A stretch of DNA of 58,641 nt from positions 1 through 58,641 of IMG/VR virus record IMGVR_UViG_3300022906_000004; one strand, given 5' to 3'. The notes beneath the pieces were generated by a model, which was not told the DNA's origin, searched no databases, and saw only the letters and a program-made list of their open reading frames with translations. Shown here in pieces: positions 7,170 through 15,884 of this stretch. Origin of the DNA: a virus. Taxonomy: Duplodnaviria; Caudoviricetes. A program made the translations under genes and the position numbers. Each line of letters opens with the position of its first letter. Position 1 is the stretch's first letter.

Positions 7170-7607
7170 TCAAGGTCCGGGGTCGAGGCTGGCGTTTCCC
7201 GTTTCCGGTCCGGCTGGCCTGACAGGGACGACACTACCCACGTCGCCCGGGGGTGTCAAGCTGGCGGTAAGGCTGTTCGCTTTCGCTAAGCCCACCCAGC
7301 GCACCGCCTGCCGGATCAGGGCGTCCCCGTCGTCGAGAAGCACCACGAGGCGGCCCAGGCATGGCGGGCACCAGTAGCGGGCGCCAGCGTCGCCGGAGCC
7401 CGCCCAGCTTGCCCGGACGTGCGGCCAGTGCTGCGCCACCTCCAGCGCGACCTCCTCCACGCCCCTGTGCACGAACACGCCACACAGGGGTGCGTTGTCC
7501 TGCGTGCGCACCTTCCTACCTGGCCGATAGCCGGGCAGGTGCAGGTGGATTCGACCGGCGCCTGGAGGCGCGAGGGCGACGAGCGCGGACAGGTCAGCGG
7601 TCGTCAT
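7170..7607 (-). CDS. Hypothetical protein
   Basis: MTTADLSALV...; LCG and WCPPC motifs; overlaps upstream stop. Confidence 0.6.
   Translation of the reverse strand: MTTADLSALVALAPPGAGRIHLHLPGYRPGRKVRTQDNAPLCGVFVHRGVEEVALEVAQHWPHVRASWAGSGDAGARYWCPPCLGRLVVLLDDGDALIRQAVRWVGLAKANSLTASLTPPGDVGSVVPVRPAGPETGNASLDPGP
7231..7259 (-). promoter_or_regulatory. Promoter of the RNA cluster
   Basis: TTGACA-17-TAGTGT with the CCC..TGGG dyad; no RBS/ORF downstream. Confidence 0.75.
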
Positions 7608-7878
7608 AGCGGAACACCACCTGCGCCTGCGGGCCCGCCTGTCGCAGGGAGGCCTCGACCGCCTGGTCCATGAACCGCTGCATCTGTTGCCGCCCCTCGT
7701 GCCACTCCTCGGAGTGCTCGACGCGGAACACGGGATGCGTTTCGAGGCGCGGCAGGGAGAACACAGGCGGCGCCGGTTCGGCGGCGGCACGGATGGCGGC
7801 CAGGCTCTCGGCGCTCACGCCCTGCGGTTGCGGCCTGGCCATGAGGTCCGCGAGGGAGGCCAGCCAGTCGCCGTCCAT
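7594..7878 (-). CDS. Hypothetical protein
   Basis: TGATG overlap with upstream gene. Confidence 0.65.
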   Translation of the reverse strand: MDGDWLASLADLMARPQPQGVSAESLAAIRAAAEPAPPVFSLPRLETHPVFRVEHSEEWHEGRQQMQRFMDQAVEASLRQAGPQAQVVFRYDDR

Positions 7879-8285
7879 CAGATGGTGCCGAAGCGGCCGA
7901 AGTCGGGAAGTACCCGCTCCCCGTCCGCCCGGCCGAACAGGTGCAGCGCGTGGGCGTTGATATTGATGTGCTCGGCGGGCGGCGCGAACACCTGGTACGC
8001 CCAGCCGGAGCCGAACGCGGCGACGTGCAGCTTGGTCAGCTCCTCGTAGGTGGGCATGCGGTCAAGGTGGGCGATGGACGCGTGAACCCACAGGTGGTCG
8101 GGGTCGCTGTCGTGGTCGCGGGTGATGATGACGCTGCTGCCGCGCGGCCTGCTCAGCATCTGCCAGCCGCAGCACCCGAACGCCTGCGGCGGCCACCAGT
8201 GGTCTTTCCCGCTGAGAGCCCACCGCATGTGCTGCGCGTCCACGCTGGACCGAACGGTCTCGCAGGTCTTGGGGTTGATGTTCAC
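7878..8285 (-). CDS. Conserved phage protein (DUF7694-like)
   Basis: WVHASIA..RMPTYEEL....F....AYQVFAPPAEHINI..HALHL pattern; GTGA overlap. Confidence 0.7.
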   Translation of the reverse strand: MNINPKTCETVRSSVDAQHMRWALSGKDHWWPPQAFGCCGWQMLSRPRGSSVIITRDHDSDPDHLWVHASIAHLDRMPTYEELTKLHVAAFGSGWAYQVFAPPAEHININAHALHLFGRADGERVLPDFGRFGTI

Positions 8286-8545
8286 GTTCGTGCGGCCTCT
8301 CGGTAGGCGATGGGACAGCAGTGGTGCTCGGGGGCGTGGAACTTGTGCCAGTGGTCGGCGGCGCCGCGCATGCACCGGACGAACGCGTGGTCATCAGGAT
8401 TGCCGGAGCGAACCCAGTCGGTCCACCGGTTGAGCTGGTGGTGACCTCGGTGGCGCGGGTGGTCGCTGCAGGTCCAGCGCCACCCGCGCCTGCCGGATTC
8501 GGTGACGTGGGGCGCCACGCGAATGGGCCGCGTGCTGGCGGTCAT
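8282..8545 (-). CDS. Hypothetical His/Cys-rich protein
   Basis: Coupled overlaps at both ends. Confidence 0.6.
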   Translation of the reverse strand: MTASTRPIRVAPHVTESGRRGWRWTCSDHPRHRGHHQLNRWTDWVRSGNPDDHAFVRCMRGAADHWHKFHAPEHHCCPIAYREAART

Positions 8546-8718
8546 GTCGGCGGCTGGGCCCTGGCCGCGCCGTACTGGTCGGCGTAGGCGTCGGCGACCG
8601 TGTGCAGCATGGCCACCACCTCCGCGTGGCTGGTGACAGTGCCCTCCGCCAGTTCGTGCATCTCGCCGTCATCTACCTGGGCGTACAGGCGGATGCGGGT
8701 GGGCGTGTTGGCGGTCAC
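8542..8718 (-). CDS. Small hypothetical protein (58 aa, not in ORF track)
   Basis: GTG after GAAGGGG; MTANTPTRIRLYAQVDDGEMHELAEG...; ATGA overlap downstream. Confidence 0.6.
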   Translation of the reverse strand: MTANTPTRIRLYAQVDDGEMHELAEGTVTSHAEVVAMLHTVADAYADQYGAARAQPPT

Positions 8719-8720
8719 GG

Positions 8721-9041
8721 CTACCCCTTCTCCGGGTGCGGCTTGTCGTCGAGTTGCTGCCCGAGGGCGGCGCGTGCCAGGCTGGCGTGTTCCATGCGCG
8801 TGACCAGGTCGCTGGCCCAGTCGATCAGCTCGGAGGGGTTGGGCGCGTAGGGCGCGTTGTCCACCTTGCCCACTAGACCCTGTTCTCGACCCCGCCCCTT
8901 GTACACCGTCCAGTCGTTGTCACTGGGCCCCATGACCTGCCGGATGGTCACGTAGCTGTCGCCGCAACCCACCTCCAGGACGCGCGCCATCACGACCACG
9001 TCGGGTGTGTCGACCTCCAGCACGATCGTCTGCCTGGTCAC
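8721..9041 (-). CDS. Hypothetical protein
   Basis: GTGA overlap; protein-like. Confidence 0.7.
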   Translation of the reverse strand: MTRQTIVLEVDTPDVVVMARVLEVGCGDSYVTIRQVMGPSDNDWTVYKGRGREQGLVGKVDNAPYAPNPSELIDWASDLVTRMEHASLARAALGQQLDDKPHPEKG

Positions 9042-9586
9042 TGCGGGACGCCCTGCGGCCCGTAAAGCGGGTAGCGCACGCTAACCCAGGACCCGGCCGG
9101 GTAGGTGGCCACGAGGCGACCCTGGCCGTCCACGACGTCCAGGGTCGGCGTGTGACTGTCTCCGTAGGTCGTCCACGCCATGCCCTCGACGTCACCGTGG
9201 GTGTGGATCTCTCTGACGCCTTCGAACGGCCTGTCCACGGTGACCTCTATCGCCACGCGGCGCGGGTCGGGGGTCGCGCCCTCCTCGGGGGCGGTGGCGC
9301 CGGGCCGGGGCGACGGCCGCAGGCGGGACACCTTGGCCGCCGCCTGCGTCAAGCTCGTGGCGGCGGCCTCGGCGACAGTGCGCAGGGTGTCGGCGGACTG
9401 CACGGTGTACGCCTTCACCATGGTGGGGCCACCCGGCCCGCCGGTGTCCACCCACGCGGCGTCGGTCGGCGGTTCAGTGTCGGCGTGATCCTCGCGCGGC
9501 ACGTACCGGCCGGTGACGGCCTCGTCGGGCGCGTAGTAGGCGACGGCTTGCACACGGTCGCCCCGGCGGGGCTCGTGGTCGGACAT
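9038..9586 (-). CDS. Hypothetical protein
   Basis: ATG after GGAGG. Confidence 0.7.
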   Translation of the reverse strand: MSDHEPRRGDRVQAVAYYAPDEAVTGRYVPREDHADTEPPTDAAWVDTGGPGGPTMVKAYTVQSADTLRTVAEAAATSLTQAAAKVSRLRPSPRPGATAPEEGATPDPRRVAIEVTVDRPFEGVREIHTHGDVEGMAWTTYGDSHTPTLDVVDGQGRLVATYPAGSWVSVRYPLYGPQGVPQ

Positions 9587-9600
9587 GGGTTCCTCCAGTG

Positions 9601-9810
9601 TCAGGCGGACTCGCGCAGTGCGGGCCCTGAGTCGGTCTGTGCGGGGCGCTGGCCATCCTCGGCGGTCAGCCCCAGGGCGTCGAGCAGTTGAGCGGCGTCC
9701 GTCGCGCTGACGGCCGCCGTGGCCACCAGGCGGGCGGCGCGTCGGCGTTCCTCCGCGCTGATGTGCGGGAGCTGCGTCAGCGCGCCGTCCACCCAGCTGG
9801 CGATGGTCAC
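9601..9810 (-). CDS. Hypothetical protein
   Basis: GTGA overlap. Confidence 0.6.
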   Translation of the reverse strand: MTIASWVDGALTQLPHISAEERRRAARLVATAAVSATDAAQLLDALGLTAEDGQRPAQTDSGPALRESA

Positions 9811-10373
9811 CGGGGCTTGGCCAGCTCGGCGGCCACGTTCTTGGCGATGATCTCCTGCACGCGCTTGTGGACTTCCTTGCGGGCCGCCGAAACCACGGTG
9901 CCCAGCTCTCCGCGCATGGTTTCGTTGGCGACGGACCCGATCAGCTCCGCGAGGTTGTTCGGGGTCTTGTCGTACATGTCGCGTGACCGGTTGGTCTTGG
10001 TGCCGTTCAGGAACGCCTCCAGCTCCAGCCGGATCAACTCCCGGATACTGGTCGGCTCTCCGCGCTTCTCGTTCCAGGTGGTGGTGCGCTGAACGGGCAG
10101 CGCCATGGCGGCTTCGACCTCGGCTGTTACGCGCTCACGCACGAGTTCGTTGCGCAGCCGGTTCGCGGTCTCGCGTGCTTCGGCGTGCCACTCGGGGTCA
10201 GCGGTGACGAGAAGCTGGCGGGCAGCCTCGGTAACGACGGCGCTGCGCATCACCGCGCGGACGTCCACGGGGTCGCCGTCGAGGTCGGCTGGCTCGACGA
10301 ACAGGCTGTCGATGTCGAGGGACACGTTGACGGAGTGCTGCAGGACGGGGGGCTTGGCCATGCGGGTGCTCAC
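9807..10373 (-). CDS. Hypothetical coiled-coil protein
   Basis: GTGA overlap; helical composition. Confidence 0.75.
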   Translation of the reverse strand: MSTRMAKPPVLQHSVNVSLDIDSLFVEPADLDGDPVDVRAVMRSAVVTEAARQLLVTADPEWHAEARETANRLRNELVRERVTAEVEAAMALPVQRTTTWNEKRGEPTSIRELIRLELEAFLNGTKTNRSRDMYDKTPNNLAELIGSVANETMRGELGTVVSAARKEVHKRVQEIIAKNVAAELAKPR

Positions 10374-10456
10374 TTTCCGGGGATGCCGCCGGTGGCGGCA
10401 ATGAGGATGATCACGAAGACGACGACGGCGATCAGCTGGCCGCCGGTGATGCGCAT
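10370..10456 (-). CDS. Very small membrane peptide (28 aa)
   Basis: TGATG/GTGA coupling on both sides; single TM helix. Confidence 0.55.
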   Translation of the reverse strand: MRITGGQLIAVVVFVIILIAATGGIPGK

Positions 10457-11124
10457 CAGTTCTGATCCTTCAGGTCGCGGACGGCGGCTTGGGACTCGCG
10501 CCGTAGCGCGGTGACCCGGGTGTGGATCTCGGCGAGGACGTCGGGGAGCGGCAGGGTGGGCACGCCGAACTGCAGTTTGGCTACCGCCGCGAGGAAGTCG
10601 CCGAGTTCTTCGAGTGCACCGGCTGCACCGAGCTGGCCTGCAGGAAGGGTGCGCAGTAGGGCCTGATGAAAGCCGGAGTTCTCGGCGTGCTGCCAGACGA
10701 GTGCGGCGGCCTGGCGGAGGGGCTCCCGGAACGGCTCGGGGAGGCTGTCCCATGTCGCGCCACGTTCGCGCACGATGTCGGGTAGTGCGGCCAGCCAGCC
10801 GTGGTAGGCGAGTGCGCCCAGGCGGTCGGTCTCGTCGGCGGGCCGTACGTCGTCTGGGGCGCGCCGGTTACTGTCGGCCGCGCGGGCGACGGCGGGCGCG
10901 TAGGCGTCCTCCCACCCGGGGATGACCTCCAGGTAACGGTCGCGAACCTGACCGTCAATGGAGAAGAGGACGTGCCAGCGTAGCCCGGGGATGGGCGGGT
11001 GCTGGGCGGTCCACTCGGCGCGCACGCGCTCGGCGTGCTCGCGGGTGAATATGGTCGCTCCAGTGTCGGCGTCGGTGATGGCGTCGGCGTCGATGCTGAT
11101 GTTCTCGGGGGTGCGGTCAGGCAT
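10456..11124 (-). CDS. Hypothetical protein
   Basis: ATG after AGGAG. Confidence 0.75.
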   Translation of the reverse strand: MPDRTPENISIDADAITDADTGATIFTREHAERVRAEWTAQHPPIPGLRWHVLFSIDGQVRDRYLEVIPGWEDAYAPAVARAADSNRRAPDDVRPADETDRLGALAYHGWLAALPDIVRERGATWDSLPEPFREPLRQAAALVWQHAENSGFHQALLRTLPAGQLGAAGALEELGDFLAAVAKLQFGVPTLPLPDVLAEIHTRVTALRRESQAAVRDLKDQN

Positions 11125-11143
11125 GCGTGGCTCCTGATGATGA

Positions 11144-11308
11144 TCAGGACGGCGGTTCCGAAACAGGCCACTTGGTATCGGCGGTGGTGCCGGTGTCGGG
11201 GCCTGGCTTCGGGTTGGGCTGGTTGGGCCCGGTGTCGTCCGGTGATTCGGGTGCGCATTGCTGCTCCTGCTCGTGGACCAGCTGGTCGTAGATCGGGGTG
11301 TCGGACAT
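11144..11308 (-). CDS. Small Pro-rich protein (54 aa, not in ORF track)
   Basis: ATG after AGGAG; MSDTPIYDQLVHEQ... Confidence 0.55.
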   Translation of the reverse strand: MSDTPIYDQLVHEQEQQCAPESPDDTGPNQPNPKPGPDTGTTADTKWPVSEPPS

Positions 11309-11322
11309 CGCCACTCCTGGTG

Positions 11323-11363
11323 CCGACCCCCGCGCCGGAGGGGGTTCGCGGCGCGGGGGTCGG
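11323..11363. terminator. Stem-loop, putative terminator
   Basis: 15-bp perfect inverted repeat. Confidence 0.6.
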
Positions 11364-11366
11364 AGG

Positions 11367-11552
11367 TCAGCTGTTCTCCTGGGCCTGTCGCCAGGAGGGT
11401 TTCCGCTTCTCTATGGCCGCTTTGGCCTGCTCGGCGACTTTGGGATCGTGAGGCGCTGGACCTTCCCCGAAGAACTTGTCGCGGACTTTCGCCACCTCGG
11501 CGGACGGTGGGGGGCCGTGGCCGTCGGGGCCGTGCTGGTCGTTGCTAGTCAC
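11367..11552 (-). CDS. Small hypothetical protein
   Basis: GTGA overlap with the His/Cys-repeat gene. Confidence 0.55.
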   Translation of the reverse strand: MTSNDQHGPDGHGPPPSAEVAKVRDKFFGEGPAPHDPKVAEQAKAAIEKRKPSWRQAQENS

Positions 11553-11731
11553 TGCGAGCAGTTGAGCGTCGACTTGTAGCACGCGGCGTAGGCGTGCGAG
11601 TGCACCGCCTTGGAGCAGGTCAGGACCCCTTTGTAGTTGTAACAGTGGTCGTCATGTGAGTGCTCGGCCGTGGAGCAGTTCAGTTCGGACCTGTAACACC
11701 CGCTGTCGTGCTTGTGCGTACTGTCGGCCAC
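11549..11731 (-). CDS. His/Cys-repeat small protein (HxHxxxCY x3)
   Basis: GTG after GAAAGG, downstream of its own promoter; HKHDSGCY, HSHDDHCY, HSHAYAACY. Confidence 0.7.
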   Translation of the reverse strand: MADSTHKHDSGCYRSELNCSTAEHSHDDHCYNYKGVLTCSKAVHSHAYAACYKSTLNCSQ

Positions 11732-11766
11732 TGGGAGCCTTTCGATCGGTGACTGGGTGTCCGTCG

Positions 11767-11795
11767 ATTCTACCCCCAACGTATGGGGGTGTCAA
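11767..11795 (-). promoter_or_regulatory. Family promoter without the leader
   Basis: TTGACA-17 (CCCCCA..TGGGGG dyad)-TAGAAT. Confidence 0.8.
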
Positions 11796-12120
11796 CCTCC
11801 AGAACGCGGAGCAGCTCCAGCGCTTCGCGGGTGACGCGCCACGGCTGGCCGTCGGTCACGTCGCGGCTTCGGCGCCAGCGCACGCCAGCGCGCCCGGTGT
11901 CCACTCCGGTCTCCAGCCTCGCGACGCCACGGGCGATCGTGACCCGCAGGGCCATCAGCCCGCAGTGTCGAGTGAGGATGGTGGCGGTGCTGAAGTCCTC
12001 GCCGTGGAATCCGTTGAGCTGCAGGATGCGCTCGCACGATTCGACCGTGCGCGGCTGCAGCCAGGCGGTCCGGGGCGACCGCGTGCTGGCCTCCTGGACC
12101 ACCGTGTGGCGGGGTTTCAC
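11770..12120 (-). CDS. Hypothetical protein
   Basis: GTGA overlap with 12117..12599. Confidence 0.6.
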   Translation of the reverse strand: MKPRHTVVQEASTRSPRTAWLQPRTVESCERILQLNGFHGEDFSTATILTRHCGLMALRVTIARGVARLETGVDTGRAGVRWRRSRDVTDGQPWRVTREALELLRVLEVDTPIRWG

Positions 12121-12599
12121 CGGTCTGCGGCGCACGCGGTGGCGGCCACGTCCATGGCGGCCTGGCGCTGCTCGCGCTCGCGCTCGACGGAGGCCGGGAG
12201 GGCGTTGGTGTAGTAGGTGAACCTCACGCGCAGCTGCCTGTCGTTGCTCATGCTGACGCTGTAAGAGGCGGCGCCGAGGGCTCCTGAGATCCTGCGGGCC
12301 CAACGCTCCACGGTGTCGTCGTTGTACTGACTCGCCGGGAAGTTGTAGTTCGTGGTGAACTGCTTCATGCCCAGGGCGTCGCGCATCTCCGGCTCCAGCA
12401 GCCAGGCTTTCACGCCGTCGACGCCGCCGACCTGGCGCTGGGACATCAGGTCCATCACGTCCTGGGGGAGCAGGTCGAACGCGGCCACCCGCAGGCCGCT
12501 GATCGCGTCCTCGATGACCAGGGACAGGTACAGCTCTGGCTCCTGGTTGGAGGTGACCGGGGTGAGGCGCATGGTCAGGCGCGCGTTGTGGTTGGGCAT
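12117..12599 (-). CDS. Hypothetical protein (cassette gene)
   Basis: Follows conserved leader. Confidence 0.8.
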   Translation of the reverse strand: MPNHNARLTMRLTPVTSNQEPELYLSLVIEDAISGLRVAAFDLLPQDVMDLMSQRQVGGVDGVKAWLLEPEMRDALGMKQFTTNYNFPASQYNDDTVERWARRISGALGAASYSVSMSNDRQLRVRFTYYTNALPASVEREREQRQAAMDVAATACAADR

Positions 12600-12665
12600 T
12601 GGGTGGTCCTTCCGTGTGGTTGTTCCGGAGATGTCAAGCTACCCCATGCTGCCCGTGGGTGTCAA
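12600..12665 (-). promoter_or_regulatory. Conserved promoter/operator/leader element
   Basis: TTGACA-18-TAGCTT..GGAACAAC..GAAGGACC..ATG. Confidence 0.85.
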
Positions 12666-13116
12666 GCCCTGTCCTCTTGGCCTCCAGCTTCGCGATCACC
12701 CGCTGCACCTGCGGTGACTCGGGCAGATACCGGCGACCCGCTGGCGACCTCCACGAGCCGTCGTCGTTCATGCGCCACGCCTCCGGCGGGTGCGCGGCCC
12801 TGCGCTGCACCGGCCCGCGCTTGCGGGACATCTTGGCGCCCGCCAGCGGGTCATCCGCCACATGTTCGGTCAGCCGGTCCTGATCGTAGTTCGCGCCGTG
12901 CGCCATGGCGTAGCTCGCAATCTCCACCTCCGTGAAGGCGTGGGCCACGGTGTTGGCGAGCTCGGCGGCCGTGCGCGCATGCCCGGCCCAGCCGCGCGCC
13001 AGCGGACTGGAGATCCGGATTCCGCCGCCGGGGAGGATCTCCGCCTGCAAGGGGATGGTCCTTACGCGCTGGCCGGGCCGCAGGCCGGGGAGGCGGTGGT
13101 TGTCGTACATGCTCAC
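12634..13116 (-). CDS. Hypothetical protein downstream of terminase
   Basis: GTGA coupling with terL. Confidence 0.7.
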   Translation of the reverse strand: MSMYDNHRLPGLRPGQRVRTIPLQAEILPGGGIRISSPLARGWAGHARTAAELANTVAHAFTEVEIASYAMAHGANYDQDRLTEHVADDPLAGAKMSRKRGPVQRRAAHPPEAWRMNDDGSWRSPAGRRYLPESPQVQRVIAKLEAKRTGLDTHGQHGVA

Positions 13117-14723
13117 CTCCGGGAGTAGGCGCTACTGGTCGGCATCTGGGTGCGTGCGCCCTTGAACTGGTGACGCGGGACGCTGCTCGTTGCGGTCATC
13201 AGGTCGGAGCCTGTGCCGTGGCCGTCGAGGTAGAGGACGGTGTAGACGACCGCGTCGAGCCGGTCAGGAGATTCCTTCTGGTCGGTGGTCCACACGCACA
13301 GCTGGTCCTCCAGGTGCTTGTGCTCCCCGACGTGACTGACGTTGCCCTGCTCGTATACGGCGCTGACGGGTTCCGCGCGGACCCGCTTGCCTTTCTTCGC
13401 CCGGATGGATTCGATGGTCATGGTGGAGCCGTTGGCCTGCTTGCGGGCGGACCGGATGCTGCTCGGTATCCACTCGCCGCCGTTGTTGACCTCCACGATG
13501 ACGGCGTTGGCGTCCCAGTCGTCGTAGGCCTGAATGACCTTCGCGACCACCATGTCCGGGGTGTCGCGGATGGTGTAGTCGGCCAGCACGTAGAAACGGC
13601 CGTCTCCGGCGCGGCCGGTGACGATGATGCCGGATTCGTCGGCGTCCTCGGTGCTGGTGACGGCCGGGTCCACGCCGACGACGATCGAGTGCAGGGTGAT
13701 GCCGAGGAGCGCCAGTCCGGCGACGATGGCCTTGGCGACGCCCCGACACTCTTCCGTGGTGCGTTCGATGGTCTCGGGGTTGGTGTCGCCCCACTGCGCG
13801 GAGTGATCGATGCCGATGCGGTTGCCGTCGAGCCATGCCCGCTTCCACAGGGCGCCGGGCATGTCGTCGAGCAGGTCACCGCCCAGCTCTTGGCGGCCCA
13901 GTCGTGTGCCGTCGTATTTCGAGTGCAGCTTACGGAGGGTGACGGCGGGCAGGTTGGCCGCGTTGTCGTCGGTGGTGCCTCGGGACTTCGCGCAGCGGGG
14001 GTCCGCCAGCATGTCCTTGATCACCACCAGCGGTAGCGGCGTGGTGGACGCGACCAGGCGCGGGTGCTTGCCGAGGCGCAAGCCGAATCGGAGCATGTCG
14101 AGCGCGTCGCTGGCGGCTTTGACGACCTGGGCTAGCTCCTCCACCCATGCCATGTGGTGCTGAGGTCCGCGCAGGCGGGCGGGCTTCTCGGAGCTGAACA
14201 GCTTGGCGCGGCTCTTGGTCTCCGTCATGATCAGTTCGCCGATGGACCGGTTCCATGTGTAATCACGGTCTACCACCAGGCCCCACCGCTCGAAGATGGC
14301 GAGGATGCCGGACTCGCCTTCGATGCAGGTGTCTCGCGCGTCGGCGTAGGTGGGCGCGAGCACGGCGATGCGCCACCGCCGGTTGAGCACGAGGGCGGCT
14401 GCGACCTCCTCGGCGCAGGCGCGGGTTTTCCCCGTTCCCCGGCCGCCGAGGTAGAGCCAGTCGTCCCAGTCGCCCGAGGGGGCGCGCTGTTCGGGCCTGC
14501 AGGTGGAGCAGGCGTGGCACTTCGCGCACACGGCGCCGTGGATGTGACAGGGCTGTCCGGGCCCGGCCCAGTTCGGCGCCATGGCTGCGGTCGGGTGCTT
14601 GTCGGCGTGCGGGCTCTGGCAGTCGGCTGACCGCCACTCGCCGATGTACTTCAGGAACGCGGGCCGGATGCGCTTGTGGGCGGCGGCGCTGAACCGGTCG
14701 GCGAGTGATCCCAGGGTGGCCAT
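13113..14723 (-). CDS. terL: Terminase large subunit
   Basis: Walker A GGRGTGKT, LRGPQHHMAWVEE Walker B, nuclease VVGVDPA, SPDRLDA. Confidence 0.95.
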   Translation of the reverse strand: MATLGSLADRFSAAAHKRIRPAFLKYIGEWRSADCQSPHADKHPTAAMAPNWAGPGQPCHIHGAVCAKCHACSTCRPEQRAPSGDWDDWLYLGGRGTGKTRACAEEVAAALVLNRRWRIAVLAPTYADARDTCIEGESGILAIFERWGLVVDRDYTWNRSIGELIMTETKSRAKLFSSEKPARLRGPQHHMAWVEELAQVVKAASDALDMLRFGLRLGKHPRLVASTTPLPLVVIKDMLADPRCAKSRGTTDDNAANLPAVTLRKLHSKYDGTRLGRQELGGDLLDDMPGALWKRAWLDGNRIGIDHSAQWGDTNPETIERTTEECRGVAKAIVAGLALLGITLHSIVVGVDPAVTSTEDADESGIIVTGRAGDGRFYVLADYTIRDTPDMVVAKVIQAYDDWDANAVIVEVNNGGEWIPSSIRSARKQANGSTMTIESIRAKKGKRVRAEPVSAVYEQGNVSHVGEHKHLEDQLCVWTTDQKESPDRLDAVVYTVLYLDGHGTGSDLMTATSSVPRHQFKGARTQMPTSSAYSRR

Positions 14724-14737
14724 GGTGCGGCCTGTGG

Positions 14738-15430
14738 TCAGGCCGGAACCACGGAGAGATGGCGGGCGAATGCCACGGCCACTTTCTCGCGCGTGGTCAT
14801 GTCGGTGATGGCGATCCCGGCCTCGTCGAGCGCGTCGAAGAACCCGTCTTCGATCATCTTGGATTGCCGCTCGGTGACGGCGGCCAGGCGGTCGTCGATG
14901 TTCAGGCGGGCGATCTTGAACAGGAAGTCACCGGCCCGGTCCATGGCGCGCTCGAACAGCTGGACCACTGCCTTGGCCGCTTCGCCGTACTCGCCGGACG
15001 TGTGGAGCCGGTCCAGTTCCTCGACCTTGATCCGCATCGTGTCTTTCCAGGCCAGCACTTCACCGGCCAGTTCCTTGAGCGCGGTCAGCGGGTCGTGCAC
15101 CGGCCCGACGTCCATCCCGGCGAGGAGGTCACGCATGTCGGCCTCCACGCGGTCCTTGGCCACCTTCTGCTTGGACTTCGGAGAGCTGCCGCCGTGCATG
15201 CGGCAACGGCTGGCCCCCTTAACGCTGTACGTGTGACACACGCCGCCGGGCGCGTTGCGGGCCCTGGCGCTGCAGCGCGGCTTGCCGTCTTTGCCGTACA
15301 GGGTGCCGTCGTCGTCGAGCCGGTAGCCCTCACGGATGTGCGGTGAGGGCGGGGGGCGGTGGGCGCGGTAGTCGTCGAGGTTGGTCGGCTCGGGAACGTC
15401 GTCGGGGCCCTGGTCGTCGTGGTCGCTCAC
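14738..15430 (-). CDS. terS: Terminase small subunit
   Basis: C..C..RCRMHGG motif; position upstream of terL. Confidence 0.75.
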   Translation of the reverse strand: MSDHDDQGPDDVPEPTNLDDYRAHRPPPSPHIREGYRLDDDGTLYGKDGKPRCSARARNAPGGVCHTYSVKGASRCRMHGGSSPKSKQKVAKDRVEADMRDLLAGMDVGPVHDPLTALKELAGEVLAWKDTMRIKVEELDRLHTSGEYGEAAKAVVQLFERAMDRAGDFLFKIARLNIDDRLAAVTERQSKMIEDGFFDALDEAGIAITDMTTREKVAVAFARHLSVVPA

Positions 15431-15469
15431 GTGGCCCTCCTGGCGTCTGGTCGATCATCTTCTGGCGCC

Positions 15470-15497
15470 ATGATACCCCCTCGAACGTGGGTCACAA
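15470..15497 (-). promoter_or_regulatory. Degenerate family promoter for terminase genes
   Basis: TTGTGA-CCCAC..GGGGG-TATCAT (16-bp spacer). Confidence 0.5.
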
Positions 15498-15881
15498 TCC
15501 GGCGCGCTGCGGGGCGCCAGCAACAGGCGACAGCTCGGCAATGATCTTGAGCCAGTCGGCAGGGCGCCACACCTCGGCGAACGAGCCAGCCTCGCGCAGC
15601 CAGCGCTCTTGCTGCGGCTCGACGACGCCGGTGTCAGTCTTCAGCTCCCGCAGGAGCACGACCCCGCCCCTGGCCAGCACGAGGTCGGGGAGCCCGGCGT
15701 CGCCTTGCATGGGCACGCCCCACCGTCCGCTGGCCAGTCGCACGGCGCGAGGGTGGTACACCAGCCACCGGTAGAGGTGGGCGACCTCGACAACCGCGTC
15801 CTGGAATTCGCCCTCGGATGCGAACGTGGGCAGGGCCCCGGCCTGGGGTGCCGGGGCCCTGCGCGTTCGTGCCTTCGCCAC
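15492..15881 (-). CDS. VRR-NUC (PD-(D/E)XK) nuclease
   Basis: SEGEFQ, GLPDLVL, RELKT, QERW, VWRPADW motifs. Confidence 0.85.
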   Translation of the reverse strand: MAKARTRRAPAPQAGALPTFASEGEFQDAVVEVAHLYRWLVYHPRAVRLASGRWGVPMQGDAGLPDLVLARGGVVLLRELKTDTGVVEPQQERWLREAGSFAEVWRPADWLKIIAELSPVAGAPQRAGL

Positions 15882-15884
15882 GCC

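Noticed and set aside
5957-7230. tmRNA, group I intron, RNase P, SRP or HDV-like (theta) ribozyme
   Set aside because: I could not find a G3:U70 Ala acceptor with tag ORF, intron P7 core, RNase P/SRP consensus or the HDV P3/L3 core by eye; needs Infernal to exclude formally
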